Positions 23,693 through 37,775 of a stretch of DNA of 64,000 nucleotides are shown one piece after another. The notes under the pieces were generated by a model. It saw only the letters and a program-made list of their open reading frames with translations, made no database searches and was not told where the DNA came from. Source of the DNA: Eledone cirrhosa (taxonomy: Eukaryota). The DNA is taken from the NCBI GenBank assembly GCA_964016885.1, contig OZ024740.1, forward strand, positions 338,582,001 through 338,646,000, written 5' to 3'. The position numbers were made by a program, and so were the translations under genes. Numbering within the stretch: the first letter of the stretch is position 1; each line of letters starts with the position of its first letter.

Positions 23693-24825
23693 TAAAAGTA
23701 AACAGGGAACAAAAACAGAAAAACGAAGAGGCAGTACAAATGATATTATTATTAGGTTCACGCTTGAGAGGGGTGGGTGGAGGACGACGTTTCGGGCATA
23801 AGCCCTTCATCAGGAGAAAAGTGGGTAGGAAGAGAGTTCCGAGGGTGTGTGGGAGAGTGGTGGAAAGACATTTAAAAAAAGAGGAGGAGTGGGGAGGGCT
23901 GAAGGTGGTGTTTGTGTATGTGTGTAGGTGTACGTGTGTGTGTGTGTGAATGTGAGAGTTGGGGAAGAACGAGGTTCTATGTTCAGGTAAAAGGGAAACC
24001 GGTGTGTACATGGGGTGTAAGTCGGTGTGTGCGTGCGTGTGGATGGGGAGGGATCAGAGGGGTGGGGGAGAGGGGGCGTGTGGAGTCCGGAGGCTGACTG
24101 TGTATATGTGAGGATACGCGCGTGTCTGTTTGTGTTTATATATGGTGTGGATGTAGGTGGCGTGGTTCAAAAATAATGTGTTTGTTGGTGTGTATGTTCC
24201 TAAGGTATTTCCACGGAGTGTGAGACAAGATGTTGGAGATTCCACGTGTCGTAGGATGGATATATGGAACGATGACCGGTGGTGTGAAATCCTGGTGTGG
24301 TCGTGAGGAAGTGAAGAGATGTGGGGTGCGCGCGCAACAGGAAGTGGTCAGAGGGTCAAGGCAGGGTGAAAAGATAGAGGAGGATGACAGGTAAAGAAAG
24401 GGTCTGTATATGGTGTGGACTGTGTGTGTGAGGGGGTGTAGGTGAAGCATGGAGAGGGAGAGAAAAGGTGTTGGGGACGGAGGAGGGAGTGTAGTGTATT
24501 GGTGTGTGTGTGTGCGTGTGCGTGTTTGGATATGAGTGTGTGTGTGTGTGTGTGTGGTAGAGAGAGTGTTAGTATTACTGGTGGTGGGGAAGGGGTTGAA
24601 TTCGGGTGGATGAGTGGGGGTTAGTGGTTGTTGTGTGTGTGTGGAGTGGGTGGTGTATCGGTGTGTACGTAGGTGTGGGTGTATGTATGTATGATGGTGT
24701 GTGTTCGTCTGTGTGGGTGAGGGGGAAATGGGGTTGGGGGATGTTAGTAATATTAGTTGTGGGGTGGTCAGATGTGGATGTGTGGGTGGGGGTTAGTGGT
24801 GGTAGTAGGGTGTGTGTATAGTGTG
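23690..24825 (-). mobile_element. Degenerate Penelope-like 3' region (family 4) with hammerhead core at 23785-23815
   Basis: CTGATGA-a-GGGC ttat GCCC-GAAA-CG-TC (weak stem I); 3' part shared with 40145-40345; VIVPYIHPTTRGISNIL resembles a PLE linker. Confidence 0.6.
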
Positions 24826-24925
24826 ATATAAGTTTTCCCTAGAAAATTATATTTTATATATTTCTCCCTAAAAAATCCTACCGTATTAACAAATATTGTT
24901 TAATCTTCCCGCAAACATTTCCCTT

Positions 24926-24997
<72 letters not shown>

Positions 24998-24999
24998 GG

Positions 25000-25540
25000 G
25001 GGGGATAGTTGATAACGATGCTCTTGTCCTCAATGACGCTGAAAAGAAAGCAGCATGGAATTGCCTTTATCAGAGACTGATGAATGAGGTGAATGCATGG
25101 GAGGGGGGTCGTTGTTTCTACGTTTGGTAAAAGCCAGCAAATACCCCAATGTATTACTGGTACTTTATTTAATCGACCCCGTAAGGATGAAAGGCAAAGT
25201 TAACCTCGGCGCGATTTGAACTCAGATCGTAAAGGGACTGTAACTCTATGCTATGGCCTCCGACCCTCTACCGAGCCGATACTGCCAATCCAGCGACCCA
25301 AGTGGACCCAACAGAGGAACTAACTGTGCAAGTCAGTTGCAGCGTAGTAATTAAGGAAATGAGGACAGACAAAGCAGCTGGGCCATCGGGAATAGTTGCT
25401 GAGACACTGAAAGCATTTAAGATGGTAGGACATATCACATATCATACACTAAGTAATACAAAATTGTGTAATACCCAGTGACAAACGTAGCAGCATCACC
25501 GTCAACAAAGGAAAAGGAGGTGTTCTAAACAGAGGAAACC
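25000..25540 (+). mobile_element. RTE-type LINE fragment interrupted by a minus-strand SINE (about 25113-25295)
   Basis: EKKAAW..YQRLMNE and IKEMRTDKAAGPSGIVAE motifs; SINE core reverse complement GGATGAAAGGCAAAGTT. Confidence 0.65.
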
Positions 25541-25989
25541 AAACCAGAAGCAATTCTGTATGAGCAGACATGAACACCACTTGTCTAGTCAATGGTAGCG
25601 TGAAAAATAGACGTTAAACAGTGAAGATGATAGTGATAGCACTGTTTAACGTTTATTTTCCAAGCTACCATATATGTATATAATAGTATTCGGATTTAGC
25701 TTCGAGCATACAGATATGTTTTGGCATTTCGTATTTCTAAAAAATACAGTATGTTTATAAATAAACATTTAGAAAGCCGTAGCTATGCAAAAACACCAGC
25801 GGCTATCACCATCTGGCGGTGTCCAGCTGAAGCAAGGGGGACAATCGTCGATGCGAATTTCGAACTAAACTGATCCTTGTCAGGATGATCCCTCCCGCTT
25901 TGCAGCTGCTGGACTATAGTTTTCCTAGATATGGTGACGTAGTTTTTTCTCTCAGAAATGTATTTTTCATTTCTGTCACTGCCCCCATC

Positions 25990-26163
25990 TCGTCTATCTT
26001 TCTATTTCGTCTTTAATTCCTCATTCTATTTTCTGATGAAGGACTAGTATCCGAAACATTAAGACATTTTTCCTATTATATCAAACGTAAAACTAATAAT
26101 ATATTTCTGTATTGTTCTGTGTCATTTCCTTTGTTATTTCTGTTTGTCTTTTGCACACATGCA

Positions 26164-26211
<48 letters not shown>

Positions 26212-26280
26212 CCGATATATATATGTGTGTGTATGTGTGTGTGTGTGTCTGTCTGTGTCTGTGTCTGTGTGCGTGTGTGT

Positions 26281-26331
<51 letters not shown>

Positions 26332-26490
26332 TATGAAACAGGTAAACAGAAATAACAAATAAACGACACAGTAGAATGAAGAAATATATTAGTTTAACTC
26401 GTGAAATAATAGGAAAAGGGTCTTAACGTTTTGAACACTAGTCCTTCATCAGAAGATAGAATAAGGAATTAAAGATGAAATAGAAAGATA
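25990..26490. mobile_element. Tail-to-tail pair of family 3 hammerhead elements around a CA/TA/GT microsatellite
   Basis: Hammerhead on + at 26029-26064 (GGA/TCC stem II) and on - at 26421-26456 (GAAA mutated to AAAA); diverged inverted arms. Confidence 0.75.
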
Positions 26491-27353
26491 AAGAGTGAAA
26501 AGAGAAAGGAAAGGAAAAAATGAGAAAAAAAAGCACTTGTGCATATTCAGTCAGTCATATACTTTTTATGTGTTGGGTACAGTTCATTTTATAGCATATA
26601 GTTGCATAGTTTCATATTGTAAGAGTATCTTTCGGGTAATCATCAGATGAGAATGCAGCCACAAAACTGTCGACCTCCTCCTACACACGAATTATATACT
26701 CGTTCTCTCTCTCAATTTTTCATTAAAGTCATCAGCATCACACCAACACTAATACTAGACTGACTCCGAATTACTTAGCATGACAGACACCTTACATTAA
26801 ATATCTATCTATCTATCTATCCACCCATCTAGCTATCTATCTATCCACCCATCCGTCTATCTATCTAATATCTTTGTATCTCTCTTTCTATCTATCTATC
26901 TATATTTCTATCTATCAGTCTTTCTTTTATATTATTTTGCCTGTCTATAGAAATTGCTACACACAGAGAAGACCTACATTTATAATCTATGTTATTTATG
27001 CCCATGCAAACACACACATACATACACAAACACACGTATGTACAGTGCATAGTAACTTTTCACAAGAAAAACCAATGGCATTCTTTAAACAGAATATGTC
27101 TTCATTAAGAACATTTTGCTAGTATATGTAGATATGTGTATGTATGTACGTGCATGTTTTATTGTGTATAGCTAACATGGTAACATGGCTGAGCTGTATG
27201 TTAGTACTAAAGTTCTACATTTAAAGAGTGGTTTAGATGTTAGATAACAGCACGCGGTTCACTCGAATAAACATAATCCTACTCTACCCCACACAATGTA
27301 TTGAGTTCTTTATTGTTCTTCACAAACAATACATATGAGTATGGATCCCTGTG

Positions 27354-27402
<49 letters not shown>

Positions 27403-28364
27403 TCATCTTCATTATCTGTTTTATGGTCATATTAACATGTTTTGTTCAAATCTTTTCCAAACACCCACCCTCCACATGTGGCATTCTTTTATCATCTCTG
27501 TGAGACTCAGCATTTTGAGATCCACTTTCACTACTTCTACCCAGATTTTCCTTGGCATTCTTCTACCTCAGCTTCCTTCTACTGGGAGCTCTTGGTACTT
27601 CTTCATCTGACAATCATCTTTCATGTATATCACTAGTGCAGTTTTCACTCTAGCATACTACATTTGATTCCTCTTATACTCAGTTTCTTTCTCAGCTCAT
27701 CTATGCTTTGCCATTCAGACACATCAACATCCCACATTCATCAAAGGATGCTCATTTCATTTCCATACAACATTGCACTTTGCATGCAGACATCATACAG
27801 CCTGCCTTTTGTTTATCAACAAAGGTAGTTGCTCCCTGAACTTTTTCCAGCCTATTCTTATTCTAGCTATTATGCTTTCAGAGCAACCACCTCTACTGCT
27901 AATTGGGTCACCTAGATAGCAAAAGCAATCAACCACTTTTATTGATCATTCCCAGGCTGGGAAAAACCTTATTTCACTATTCTTTTGCAGTTTCCACATA
28001 CAAAGTCTACCTTTTCTGTTGGTCTGCCTACAATCCCACTGCACCTCCTGAGTATCCAAATATTATGTTGTGTACATCATGTAGAGTTCCAACCTACCCC
28101 TTATCTACATATTGAACAGGATCACTTCCCTGGTGGAACTAGTCTTGTTTTTTTCCTACTTACTAAAACTCTGGAGATTTTATTTTAAATTCTGTTTCCA
28201 CAGTATGAATTTCTTTTCTAGCTTGTGACATATAAGTGGTTGAACATTTCATAAACACGTGTACCCTTAACATAATACTTAAGGAAATACAGTGTGACAT
28301 AGTGTGGGTGGACACAGCTGACCCTTCCAATTACAGGTACAGTCAATCTGACAGGCTTCCAAAT

Positions 28365-28506
28365 AGTTTCTGTCTATCCAGTTTTACTCACAAGGCTTAG
28401 GTCAACCCAAGATATAGTAAAGAACATTTCCCAAAGATGCCACACAGTAGGATCAAACCTGAAACCTAATGATTGTGTTGTAAACTTCTAAACCATTCAG
28501 CCATGT
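28365..28506 (-). mobile_element. Old tRNA-derived SINE of a second family
   Basis: Minus strand TGGCTGAATGG..GGTTTGATCC head followed by GCCTTGTGAGT core-like segment. Confidence 0.5.
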
Positions 28507-29278
28507 TGCATCCACATTTATGTATACACTTACACCTACACACACATACAGATACACACACACAAACACACACACACAAACACACACATTATATTAGCAA
28601 TCTTCTGACTATAATAATTTATTCAACATTTATTGGGGATTACTTAATAATAATTTACTTTACATTTAATATAATTGATAAAATTCTCTGGCATCACATG
28701 TTGAATATAAAAAAAGGATGATCAAGTATTGAAATAAATTTACCCAAAGATAAATTGGTTTAAACACCAAACATTATCAAAATTCTTCTGATCAATTTGG
28801 AAAAACAGTCAGCTATCTTCTAAAAATAAATGACAGAATTTCATTATATTGTTGTATATTGATACCAAAGCTGGTGAAATGGCAGAGTTATTAGTGTATT
28901 AGATTTAAAATGCTCAGGCTAACTGCACTCTAAGTTCAAATCCTGATATGATTAATTTAGTCTCACGTCCTTCGAGTACCAGTCAAGTAATGGAGATTGT
29001 TCTTTCTCTCTCTTCTACCTTTCTTTTTTTTTCTTTCTGTGAAAGAAATTGGCAGTGTTCTGAACTAGAGAAGGATGGCCCCTGCCCGGGTTAAACTTGC
29101 AGCTACGACTCCACCTTTACTCTATTATATCTTATACCATGTATAAGGTTTCCATCCACTGAGAAGATAGTGTCACCTAAGTTAATGAAATATTTATTGA
29201 ATAACAACATCATAAATTGAATTCACAGCTGTAATAGAGAATAAATATATATATATGTATCTATGTATAGCCACTCTC

Positions 29279-29358
<80 letters not shown>

Positions 29359-29775
29359 CCCCCTCTCTCTCTCTCTCTCTTGCTCTCTCTCTTGCTCTCT
29401 CTCTTGCTCTCTCTCTTTATCTCTTGCTCTCTCCCTCCCCCCCCCCTCTCTCTCTCTCTCTCTCTTCCTCTCCCTCTCACAAAAGACAAGAATGATATTT
29501 CTCATATAAAAACACTATTATATTTCTTATATAAAAACACTATTATATTTCGTATTACACACACATATATAAAATATATAATACATATAGAAGCATGTAT
29601 GTGTGTGTGTGTGTGTTTATTTTGTGATATAAAATATAATACTGTGTTTATATACAATATGTTATTGACTTATTGACCATAGTTTCTTATATCTTGGATA
29701 TAAGAAACTATGGTTGTAAGGTGTGATTTGAGGAATAAAATACCTTGTAGAATTTGTTCTAGTTCTCTCTGCTCC

Positions 29776-30069
29776 GAGTTCAGATACCACCAAGGTATCA
29801 CTAACTCTCTGTGATCTGAGATCAGATACCACCAAGGTATAACTAGCTCTCAGTGTATCAGAGTTCAGATACCACCAAGATATCACTAGCTCTCTGTGAT
29901 CTGAGTTCAGGTACCACCAAGGTATGATCAACTCCCTGTGATCTGAGATCAGATACCACCGAGGTATGACTAACTCTCTGTGATCTGAGTTCAGGTACCA
30001 CCAAGGTATCACTAGCTCTCAGTGATCTGAATTCAGATACCACCAAGGTATAACTTACTCTCTGTGATA
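29776..30069. repeat. 42-bp minisatellite, 7 copies
   Basis: Unit TCAGATACCACCAAGGTATCACTAACTCTCTGTGATCTGAG(A/T) starting at 29780, 29822, 29865, 29907, 29949, 29991 and 30033. Confidence 0.95.
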
Positions 30070-30647
30070 TCTTTCAGCTAGTCAGGTTTGATAAAATAAT
30101 GTACCAGTCCAGGGTGGTTGATTGGTAGAACCATTTGCTTTAGACATAGTGCCTGGTGCTATTTCTTCCTTCTCTTTGGCTTTGGAGTTCTTCAGTAGTA
30201 GAGTTAATCTGTTGTCTGGTTTAACACAATTACTTGATCCTTCCTTCCACCAAACAGTCTCACAGGCCATGAAAAAATAAATGGTCAAGGGTGTTGCTTT
30301 TCTCTCCTTGATTAAATGGTAAGAACGATATGGGTTTTGGAGTAGGTGAGGCATGGTAAAGAGAACAAGAAAAAATGAAGTGGGTGTATTGGATCATCTA
30401 GGATAAAGAGACAGAGTGTAGCTATAGGGGAATGAGAGAACAGTTAATCTCAGATGGCATTTAGAAGGAAGTGAATATTACTTTCGTTATGTCGTATGAT
30501 TTTCGCGGGGGTTGTGGCAAACCTTAAACAAATACTTCCTATTGCATTGTACACAGTATGTGAATTCAGAAGAGATGGGAATTATATAGCTATGTGGTAG
30601 AATTTACAGTGGAGGGACACAGCAAGCCAATGCACTAATAGTTGTAG

Positions 30648-30721
<74 letters not shown>

Positions 30722-32590
30722 GGTAAGAAACGTTTCTTGGAGGCTTTCCCGTCTATCTACAAACGTGCATATTTTCACCGACCATTCCACATATTGCAAT
30801 GAAGCTCTTGCTCGGAGTGGATTTGTCGATAAGGTAGCATATACAGAGTATGAGAATAGACCTAGGAAAAATAGATCCCGACACATTATATGGTATAACC
30901 CACCATATAATATGGAGGTGGCCACACCATTATCTAAGATCTTTCTCTACCTTATTATGAACCATTTTTCCCCCTACACATATATATAGTAAAACTTTTA
31001 ATAGAAATACCATTAAAATGTTTTACTCTACGACTCCTAACCGTGCACATAACATCACAGCTTCAAATTTTGCTAAATTACCTAGCCGTAGGAACACGTG
31101 CAACCCTGTAGCTAGTACTAACTGTAATTGTAGGAATCGGGTTGACTGCCCCCTATCCGGGAAATGCCTCTCTAGTAACATTGTCTACAAATGTAAGATT
31201 GAAACACCTACGTCCCGTAGAGCCTACATAGGGTTAACCGGCAATAGATTCAAGCAGCGTCTTTACATGCATACCCATTCTTTTCTTAGCCCTTTAAGAA
31301 GGAATATGACGTCACATTCAGCTTATATCTGGAGTCTAAAAGACAACCACACCCAATATAAGTTACACTGGGAGATCCTAGCTAGGACTAGATCGTATAA
31401 TGGAAATAAAGACCATATGACCTCTACGCCGCTGAAACCCTGGAAATACTCTACGCCAAAGACCACATCTTAAACAAAAAATCTGATGCAATTTCGGCTT
31501 GTAAACATAAATTGCACAAAACTTTCCTGTATTACAGCCCACATTATACCCTAACGGATAGTACGAACTATACGCGGATATTTTACGTCTTGATGTGGTA
31601 GCTAAGTATATGTTATTTTTATACTATTACTTATATATATCACCTGTATGTTTTGTGAAGGTACGTATACTTTCTCGTACGTATATTTGCTTGTATATGT
31701 TATAGGCGTATATATTATATTATATATACTGGTACATGTGCATATGGTTATGTGTATACGTGAGTTTTGCATCTGTATGCGGGTTCGTACGTATGTAGGG
31801 TGTGTGTATATGTGTACTTTGTGTTTTGGTTGACGTATGTTTAGCGAACATATGTGTATTTACATGTAGGTATGTGCGTGCGCGTTATATACGTATTTGT
31901 GTGTGTGTTTATTTATATACGTTTATATAATTATATGTATACACGCACACACACATATATATATATTTTTGTTTATATATATTTTATATGTATTTATTGT
32001 ATACGTTCGTATGTGTGCGGGTACAGGCGTTGCGTGGGTTCTGTATGTGCGTGCGTATTTTTTGGTGTACGTGCTTGTATTTCCATACCCATGGCGGGTG
32101 TTTTCGCGTATGCATGTGTATGTACGTATATGGATACGTGTATGTATATATTTAATTATAGTTGATTTCAATAAATTCTGTAATTTATTTACATTATTCT
32201 TAACTCTGGAGCCGAGAATCATTCGGTTTCCTAAATAGAATTTTAGAATCGTGGTTTTGTCTTTGCGCGTAATTGTTCTCACTGCTCCAAATAACGAGGC
32301 ATTATATTCGCTTTTTTTTCGTTCATTGCTAGGGAACGTCTCCACGAACCAAAGGATCGTCTTCCTGTTTTCCTTCGGTTGCAACGTTTTTCGCAATATT
32401 TGCTTCTGCGTTCACAGATTGATTTTTTTTGTTTCAAAAGATCCCGTTAAGGGTGAAAGCAGCGATTCTTTGCTTAAACTTTAATCTGTTATCTTAATAA
32501 ATATTTGCACTACGGTTCTTATATGTTTGATATATATTTATCCTCATCGAGCCATCTTAGGATTTTAGTCTTCAAATTTATTTATTATTA
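30722..32590 (+). mobile_element. Penelope-like element, 5'-truncated (RT thumb, linker, GIY-YIG, TG-rich 3' UTR/pLTR)
   Basis: NEALARSGF, IIWYNPPY, CNCRNRVDCPLSGKCL, IVYKC..AYIGLT..FKQRLYMHTHSF; between (CA)n and (TA)n. Confidence 0.9.
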
Positions 32591-32681
32591 CTATATATAT
32601 ATATATTTATATATATAAAAAGCGTGGAAGATGGACGCTAAATGATGATGATGAGGGTGATGATGTTGAGGATGATGATGT

Positions 32682-32781
<100 letters not shown>

Positions 32782-32799
32782 ATATATAAATATATATTT

Positions 32800-32864
<65 letters not shown>

Positions 32865-33975
32865 GGATTAATTAGTCCCTAATACTTAAAAGATACACAA
32901 AAATCATTTTTTTAATTAACTTCGCTCATATATAGATCTCCCTACCTTGGTTTTTTGTACAGGGAAGAATTATTGGAACCACAAATAATTGAAGAATCTG
33001 CCACACTCTTCGGGGGATTATAAGTCTTCAAGTCTAAGAGAAATGGAACAATATATATACATAATGTTTCCTTAGCCAAGGCTGCATGGTGGAATAAAAA
33101 AGCACGCAGTGTTATGTTCTCAAATCTCAAATCTCTACGAGTACTTTCTTTATCAACATATTCACCCCACATACAAATATCCCAAACCCCATCTAATGTA
33201 AAGTTTTTTGACTGATATTACACTAACCATATTTCTACTGTAACTATCTCTATACTTTCTGAAATTACCTTTTATCACGTACTTAGGAACCAACCTCAAT
33301 ATAGCTGTTTGATCAGCTATAAATAACCGTCTTCTCATTAGACAAAACAAGAAAGGAAAATGAAAGTGCATTCTGAGGTACACAATATCTGATAATATGA
33401 AGCTATAAGATGGAATAGTCTTGGATAGAATACATTTCTCAGAGGTTTGCTTTATGAGGGTGGATGTTGGACTTAACAGCAACAACAACCTCCAAACGCT
33501 CAACATTTCTCCTACATACCTGTAGTTAAGCACCAATAACAATAAACCAGTTTAAACACCCAACTCTTGTCATTATCCAGGAAGAAATGTACATGGGCAC
33601 TCAAATACACACAAATACATATATTGGGCTTCACGCTTCTAGGCATCATAAAAATATTTCTATTGCTTTATAATATCTAAGGGGTTACTTTTGTCTAGGA
33701 TCTTTTCCTTCATCACATGTATATCTTCTTCTGCAACCACACACATGTAACAGTTCAAGTGAATTAATAATTGAATTGGTGGTTCTGCTCAGATATCACT
33801 ATATATGCAGAAAATGAATACATTAATATGATATCAATATATGCACACAATATTGTTACATGCACCTGTTATTCCTACATGAACATGATATCACTACATA
33901 CACATGATACCAAAAATATGAACATGATAGCACTATGTATACATTATATCAATATACAGCAAATATATCAATATA

Positions 33976-34017
<42 letters not shown>

Positions 34018-34140
34018 GGAGGTGAGTTTTATTGTAGTACAATAAAGCAATACAGATATCGGATGAGAAGCACTCTACAGTTTGTAGGACTGGAGTATAA
34101 ATAATATATAAGGTCAAAAGATGGTTAAAAGAGTTCCATG

Positions 34141-34211
34141 TATTTTATTATGCGCATTTCAAAAACAAACATCATCATGCAATAACATTTGCGTTTTCGT
34201 CAGATAAAATA
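34141..34211 (-). ncRNA. Minimal type I hammerhead ribozyme
   Basis: Reverse complement copy of 35600-35670. Confidence 0.85.
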
Positions 34212-35599
34212 GGGAGACATGATATGAAGGTTAAAACACACTTGTGAATAGTGCAGTCTTAAATCAACATATGAAAAATAGTTTTAGATTGATGTGTGAT
34301 ATTGGGAAAACATTTTTTTTGAGGTGGGGGGTTGAAAAGGATGAAAAAGAGGAGGAGATGAGAGTAAAAAGTGGAGGGGGAGGAGTATAATGAGGAAGGA
34401 TGAGATAGGAGGAGAGATGGGTGATAGAGAGAGAGAGAGATAGCTTTTATAACTGAGAAAAATATATTGTTTTACATAAGGAGGTTGAAAAACCGTTGGA
34501 AGATAATATATAAATTAAAAGAATTTGAAAATTAACGAAGAGAAAAATTTAGAATAATGTTAAGCTAAGGTTTGTATATTTAAGGGTTTAATAATATGAG
34601 CGATGAAAAGAAATTGTTAATATGTATTAAGAATAATATTTAAGGGTTTAATAATATGTGCGATGGAAAGAAATTGTTGGTATGTATTATTAAAAAAATA
34701 TAAAAATATAGCAATAGTAATGTAAGTAAGGATATATTGTGAAAGAAGTAGAAGAGAGGATGAATAAGTGTAATATGTATAAGTGAGATGAGCATGAAAG
34801 GGAGAAAAAAATAATGAATTGAGGATGAATAATCTAACGTCAAAAAAATGTTTATGTTTACGAAGGATTTTTTCAAGGTGATATACAGTAAGAATATATT
34901 GTGCTGTGTAATAATTGTTTCTACGTTAGGCACAATGATAATTGAGAAGTGTCTAGGAAGAAAAGGTACAGATTTTCTTTTAATTTCTAACCCCTAATCT
35001 GTACCTTTTCTTCCTAGATACTTCTCAATTATCATTGTGCCTAACGTAGAAACAATTATTACACAGCACAATATATTCTTACTTTATATCACCTTGAAAA
35101 AATCTTTCGTAAACATAAACATTTTTTTGACGTTTCTTTCCATCGCACATATTATTAAACCCTTAAATATTATTCTTAATACATATTAACAATTTCTTTT
35201 CATCGCACATATTATTAAACCCTTCAATATACAAACCTTAACTTAAGATTATTCTAAATTTTTCTCTTCGTTAATTTTCAAATTCTTTTAATTTATATAT
35301 TATCTTCCAACGCTTTTTCAACCTCTCTATGTAAAACAATATATTTTTCTCAGTTATAAAAGCTATCTCTCTCTCTCTATCACCCATCTCTCCTCCTATC
35401 TCATCCTTCCTCATTATACTCCTCCGCCTCCACTTTTTACTCTCATCTCCTCCTCTTTTTCATCCTTTTCACCCCCCCCCCACACACACCTCAACATTTT
35501 TTTTTCCCAATATTTTCATCAATCTAAAACTATTTTTCATATGTTGATTTAAGACTGCACTATTCACAAGTGTGGTTTAACCTTCATATCATGTCTCCC

Positions 35600-35670
35600 T
35601 ATTTTATCTGACGAAAACACAAATGTTATTGCATGATGATGTTTGTTTTTGAAATGCGCATAATAAAATA
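35600..35670 (+). ncRNA. Minimal type I hammerhead ribozyme
   Basis: TATTTTAT-CTGACGA-long stem II (about 15 bp)-GAAA-TGCGCA-TA-ATAAAATA; perfect 8-bp stem I, palindromic helix III. Confidence 0.88.
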
Positions 35671-35700
35671 CATGGAACTCTTTCAACCATCTTTTGATCT

Positions 35701-35791
<91 letters not shown>

Positions 35792-36039
35792 ATCACTCTA
35801 TACACGTGATATCACTATATGTGAATATCAATATAGAAACATAATCTCAATATATGCACATGATATCACTATATGAGCATTATATAAATATACAAATGTT
35901 GTACCATTACATGTATATATATCAATATATAAATGATATCAAGATATGTACATGATATCAATATATCCACATGAGCCCATGACATAATTCTACAAACATC
36001 ATATGATTATATCTCTAATATCACTATCAGTAGATGATA

Positions 36040-36277
36040 TTTGGGCTGGAGGAGACCCCATGGAAGGCTCCCATACCAGATGGCTGGATGTGATTAAAGA
36101 GGGTCTCCAGAGGTTTGATGTCACCTTGGAGGATGCAGAGGGACTAGCACAGGACTGCCAACAATGGAAGGCACTGGTGGACCTGGTTGGCTCTATGCAC
36201 AATTGCAGCTCTGGGATCACTGAACTAGGATGACCCTAGTCACATGAAACAAGAAGAAGCAGAAGAAGAAGAAGAAG
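36040..36277 (+). mobile_element. RTE-like LINE 3' fragment with (GAA)n tail
   Basis: HTRWLDVIKEGL..AQDCQQWKALV resembles the RTE C-terminus. Confidence 0.65.
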
Positions 36278-36968
36278 TACATGATTTCACCAAATACTAT
36301 CATTTTTGCTTATTATATCAATATATACAAATGATATCAGTATATGCAGATGATATCAATATACAAACATATCCCTACATACACATATTGTCAATAAGCA
36401 AATGTTATCCCTAAATGAATATGATATCATTATGTGCCCATGATATACCTATATATATAAGATATCAATATATTCTCATGATACACAAACATGATATCAA
36501 TAAACACACATCATATCAATTGATATCACTATATGAACTTGATATTACTCAATGAACATTATAACATTTAGTACATATTATATCATTATATGTATCTGAC
36601 ACCAGTGTATTCACAATATATGCACATGATATTAATACATGCACATGATATTCTTACATGCGAATGATACCAATAAACAAACATGATATGAATATATGCA
36701 CAAAATATCAATATGCAAACATGATGTCAATTTATGCCCATTATATCACTGTATGTTCATGATATTACCACATAGACCTGACTGTTTTATACCAAGAGCA
36801 ATTTATGCATGACATCATTACATGCTTCATTTCACTATATGTACATGATTTCACCATATGTGCACACATGATATCATTGCATGCATGTGATATCATAATA
36901 CAAATATATAGAATTGTTATAAATAATAAAAGTAAATACAATAAAGAATATACACACACATCTCTCTC

Positions 36969-37055
<87 letters not shown>

Positions 37056-37592
37056 ATCATCATCACATTTTAACGTCCATTTTCAACGCTTGCATGATAT
37101 ATATTTACATATATATATAGGAAATAAATGTTAAGGCAAATGTTGTATAATCGTATTTATTGGATTTTACAAATTTGAGTAACACCAGTGCGGAGCTGTT
37201 ATGCAATCATTACAACAGCAAACACTACCAGTGGTGTGACATCATCAGATGTTAATACAAATATGTTACAGGCAATCAATTCCATGTTTGTTAAAGTACA
37301 ATGAACATATCACTTGGGCTAGTCTAATAAATACATTTATGTAAAATGTATCGTAAAGAAACTTAATTGCATTTGATCGCAACCTTTATGCTGGATAGAT
37401 ACGACTGACATGGAGAGCTCTTACCTGTTTACACCTGATTACCAATGAGATGTCAAACTACACATTTATGGATAAACAACACAGTCGGTGCTTTGAGAAA
37501 ACAACACCAAATCTCAGCATATAGAAAATCGAAATAACAGAAGTAAACTTTATTTCTTCATTATTTTTTTCTGTTTTTCTGTTCAAATTCTA

Positions 37593-37651
37593 GCTGTCTG
37601 ATGAGGTAATAGCTGTTACATAATTGATATCACCGAAATATATATAACAAC
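37593..37651 (+). ncRNA. Minimal hammerhead motif (same family as 57148)
   Basis: gcTGT-CTGATGA-GGT..ACC-GAAA-TATATA-TA-ACAac. Confidence 0.7.
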
Positions 37652-37706
37652 GACTATAAATAAACGAAGTTAATTTTAACCTATTGACTTACAATTCTTG
37701 TTGTCT

Positions 37707-37775
<69 letters not shown>

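Larger units (their letters stand above)
34101..35710. mobile_element. 1.6-kb palindrome: inverted Penelope-type pLTRs with outward-facing hammerheads
   Basis: Arms 34101-34974 and 34996-35710 with a 21-nt spacer; right arm lacks about 165 bp; PNVETIITQHN resembles a PLE linker motif. Confidence 0.88.
33790..36900. repeat. Degenerate ~20-bp minisatellite (CATGATATCAxTATATGCA-like) interrupted by insertions
   Basis: Recurrent catgatatca/atatgcacatg at 33790-33975 and 35787-36900. Confidence 0.7.

Noticed and set aside
29776-30069. CRISPR-like appearance of palindromic repeats
   Set aside because: Head-to-tail units with no unique spacers, no cas genes, eukaryotic context.
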